Below are positions 60,946 through 64,000 of a DNA stretch of 64,000 nt, one piece after another. The notes under the pieces are model-generated. The model worked only from the letters and a program-made list of their open reading frames with translations. It ran no database searches and was not told where the DNA came from. A program made the translations under genes and the position numbers. Origin of the DNA: Lama guanicoe (taxonomy: Eukaryota); contig MU054212.1 of the NCBI GenBank assembly GCA_013239625.1, positions 9,720,898 to 9,784,897 on the forward strand, written 5' to 3'. The first letter of the stretch is position 1; each line of letters opens with the position of its first letter.

Positions 60946-62957
60946 AACCATGCATGGGCCATAGATTATTTATAGCAGTGACTTACTTGAGTGTCTACAA
61001 GTGAACTCTAAACACACTGTAAGTGACCAGGGTGTAGGATCCAAACCAACCTTGAGCCCCACTGGAGGGTGAGACAGCCACCAGGACGGGGGACCCAGAG
61101 GAGCCAGCTCAGGGGAGCCCTGCTCCCCGGGCTCCATGCGGGCCGAGCTGGACCCTGTCTGCATCCAATGTGGCCGTCCCAAGCCAAGAGTGAGATGCAT
61201 CCCTGGTGAGCAGGCCCTTGCTAACTTTTTGCTCTGTTCTCTTTTTTTTGGTTCCTGTAGCTGCAAGGGCCCTGTGGCTAAACAGCAATGACAAAAAAAA
61301 TGTTATTGATCAGTTTAATTTCCACTTGGGGGAAACATTCACCTCCCTCCCCACACCCCTGCACATATGTCCTGTTTATGTCCCTTCCTCTGAGAATGGT
61401 GCTGACAATGCCGGGAGCCCCAAGCTGCGTCCTGGGTGCTGTCAATGCTCCTCTGGAACCACTTGCTTTGTGGTTGAAATTTCCCCTGACGCTTGGATTT
61501 CTTTCTTTTTCTTTCTTTTTTTTTTGGTTTCCTTGGAAATGACTCTGTCTCTGAATCACAGCTGTTTGCAGCAATGGGGGGAGGTGGGAGGCTATTCCCT
61601 GGAGGGGTGTTGGGAGTGGAGGGGTGGGGCAAACAGGCTTCCCCAGAGGAAGCTGAACACTGTGCTGCCCCCCTGGCTGTGGGCTGAGGCCGGTGGTCTT
61701 CGGGAAGCCCTGGGGACAGGCTTCACGGCAAAAGGTGGGTTGGAGCCTGGACAACTGGAACTCTGCCTTCCCTGGGGCTTGGGTCTCTTCTCTGTGCTTT
61801 CCTGGCTGCCCACCTCCTCCCTAGAGGAGCCACGACCATCTTCGCAGCTGGGGCTGGGCTCCCAGCTCCAGGTCCATCGCGGGCCCCTGTGTGACGCCTG
61901 AGGCTTACCTACCCATCTCTGTCTCATTTGAGCACCATGGCATTTGTGTGAGGTAAGCCAGGCAGGGGTTGCTGGCTGCATTCACAGAGGCCAGTGCGGG
62001 CCATGGAGATCTGGTGACGCACTTAAGACAGTGGGGCGAGTCAGTGACTGCAGAGAGGGGAGCCCAGCCCTCGGCCCCGACCCCCCCAGCCTGGAAGCCT
62101 GATGCGGTCTGCACTGGCTCCCTCCGACCCCCGCACAACCTACAGACGTGGCCTCATAACGTGGGCCTCCCAAAGCCGTGGCCCACTCCCTGGGGCTGGC
62201 TGTGTCTCCACACACCCTCGTGCACGTGAAACTCTGCGGGAGGAAGAGGAGGAGGAGCCTCTTGGCCGCGTGAGCTGCGGGCTGCGGGCGGAAGGAGGCG
62301 CCCCACCTTGCCAGGTGACTGACTTCCTGGGACTCATACGCTTAGCTTACAACCAAGGCAGACACGGCTCGATGTGGCCCTGTGCGGCTCAGCCGCTGCG
62401 GGCCTGGAACTGTCCCCCAGCAGGACTGGCTGATGCAGCCGGTCACAGTCCTCAGCCTGGTGATCCTGACCACTCAGCGCCCCCTCCTCCCCGCGTCGAA
62501 TTCACCCTCACATCTCCCGCTCTGCACTCAGTTATCACCACCTCCATCGTCACTGTCATCTGAGTCCCCAAACTGTCATCTCCCGAACCAGATCTATGCT
62601 GGTTCTCAGAGCCAGAAGAAAAGCTGAATTCAGACCCACACCCTTTGGAGTTTGGGAGATTTCACCCAGGCTGGACTGAGCCGGGCCTGTGCGTGCTCTG
62701 AAGACCTGTGAGGCTTGGTCGGGCAAGGTGGGGCCTCCATTCACGAGAGGGAGTCCCTGGGCGGTCCTGGGGTGGGTGGGGGTGTCTTCAGCATAAGAGC
62801 GGCCCAGGTGCTGACTACCTGTGGCCTTCATCACTGAGGCAGGAAGGCTGGTTCCTGGTCAGGCCTGTAGAAGAGGACGTGGTTCCTGTGTCTGCTAAAG
62901 GATGTCAAAATTGCAGTCTTTGGGGACCGTTTCAGACTACTCTCTTCACTCTGACCT

Positions 62958-62981
62958 CACACACACACACACACACACACA
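62958..62981. repeat. (CA)12 microsatellite
   Basis: Perfect CA run read directly from the sequence. Confidence 0.95.
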
Positions 62982-63699
62982 GACTGGCAGGTGCTCTTTC
63001 TATTGGTTGGCTGTAGGGGTTTGGGGGATGAACCCCAGAGGTGGTGACAGATGGAGAGTCCCCCTCCCTTTGCCATCTCCAAAAGGAAACGACTTAAAGC
63101 ACACCCATTTAATGTCACCAACCAGGCTCAGGCTCATCTGGGGAGAAACCGCTTTAATTCAACCACAGGTGCCACCTTCAAGGATGGGCCTGGTTCCGGG
63201 AGGGCCATGAGATTTCTCTTGCTCCCCCAAGCATGCCCCCGTGAGTTGCCTGGGTAGCTCTCCCACCTGGCGTCCCCTAGTGGGCGCACCCGATGTGGGT
63301 GTGTGAGTGTGCGAATGTCTGTGCCCCGTGCCCAGAGAGCCCCAGGCTCTGAATCCAGAACAGGGGCGGCCACTCTACGGTCGAGGCTGTGCAGTAGTCC
63401 TGGTGCCCTCTGCTGGCCACATCTGAAAACACAGGCAGCCTCCAGCCCGTGTCTGGGCAGGACCTTCCGGGAGACTTCCAGGACAGAGGGGGCTGGCTGG
63501 TCAGGGATGGCTCTGGTCTCTCCCCGTGTGCATCTCTGAGGACCCCACTCTCTGAACTGCGTGTTCAGGGATGGGTTCCCCTTTCCTTCATCTCCCCATG
63601 GGGGAAGGACCTCGTGCCTGCCTCTGGTCTTTCCTAGCCACGTGGTCGTGGGCAAGCCACACCACCTCTCTGGACCTTGTTTTGTTCTCTGCAAGGTCT

Positions 63700-63945
63700 T
63701 ACCATCCTTCAAAGCTCATTTCAGACGCCAGCTCCTGTCTGTAATCTTTCCCACCCAGGACCCTGCCCCCCTTGGGATGTCTGTCTCATCTTCGGCTGCT
63801 AAGGCCTTGGGCCTCTTTCTCAGGGCCCTCAACCCCTTGAGAACAGAGACTCTTTCGTGTCTTTTCTCTTTCTGAATCCCCTGCAGCACCCACCAGCTGG
63901 CTTTACACAGAACAAGCACTCAGCAAATACCTGTTGAAATGATTT
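63700..63945 (+). mobile_element. L2 3' end
   Basis: ccatccttcaaagctcatttcaga ... ccccttgagaacagagac ... gcactcagcaaatacctgttgaaatga. Confidence 0.75.
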
Positions 63946-64000
63946 GTATTAAAATGTCTGCCTTGGACCAGAAAATCCCTCAGGTTCCACCCTGGCTCTG

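Noticed and set aside
1..64000. Naming the neighbouring gene or exact locus
   Set aside because: No exon in the window identifies a gene; a BLAST of the candidate conserved blocks is needed.

Overview
This 64-kb window is GC-rich, non-coding placental-mammal genomic DNA, most consistent with a gene desert or very large intron. I found no credible protein-coding exon, RNA gene or prokaryotic system, and the listed ORFs look like chance GC-rich or low-complexity frames. The background is old eutherian repeats (MIR, L2, L1M, MER5A, MER20, MLT1, ERVL LTR) plus three younger ERV1-type solo LTRs. I saw no Alu, B1/B2, CAN, Bov-tA, PRE1, ERE or CHR SINE; together with the LTR types this suggests a cetartiodactyl such as a camelid (inference only). 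Between the repeats lie two CpG islands (about 12.8-13.8 kb and 50.3-50.9 kb) and several repeat-free AT-rich blocks dense in homeodomain, POU, TCF and HOX/CDX motifs, typical of a developmental or neuronal regulatory landscape. The most notable observations are: (1) a near-consensus REST/RE1 site next to four TCF/LEF sites ahead of CpG island 1; (2) two independent insertions of one LTR family 4.2 kb apart, one with a triplicated 31-bp unit and a mutated poly(A) signal; (3) an unexplained 37-bp perfect direct repeat 2.56 kb apart; (4) a 54-nt hairpin built on two inverted POU sites. I cannot support a claim of a wholly new biological system from sequence alone. Repeat family names come from recalled consensus sequences, not from a database search, and boundaries of old repeats are approximate.
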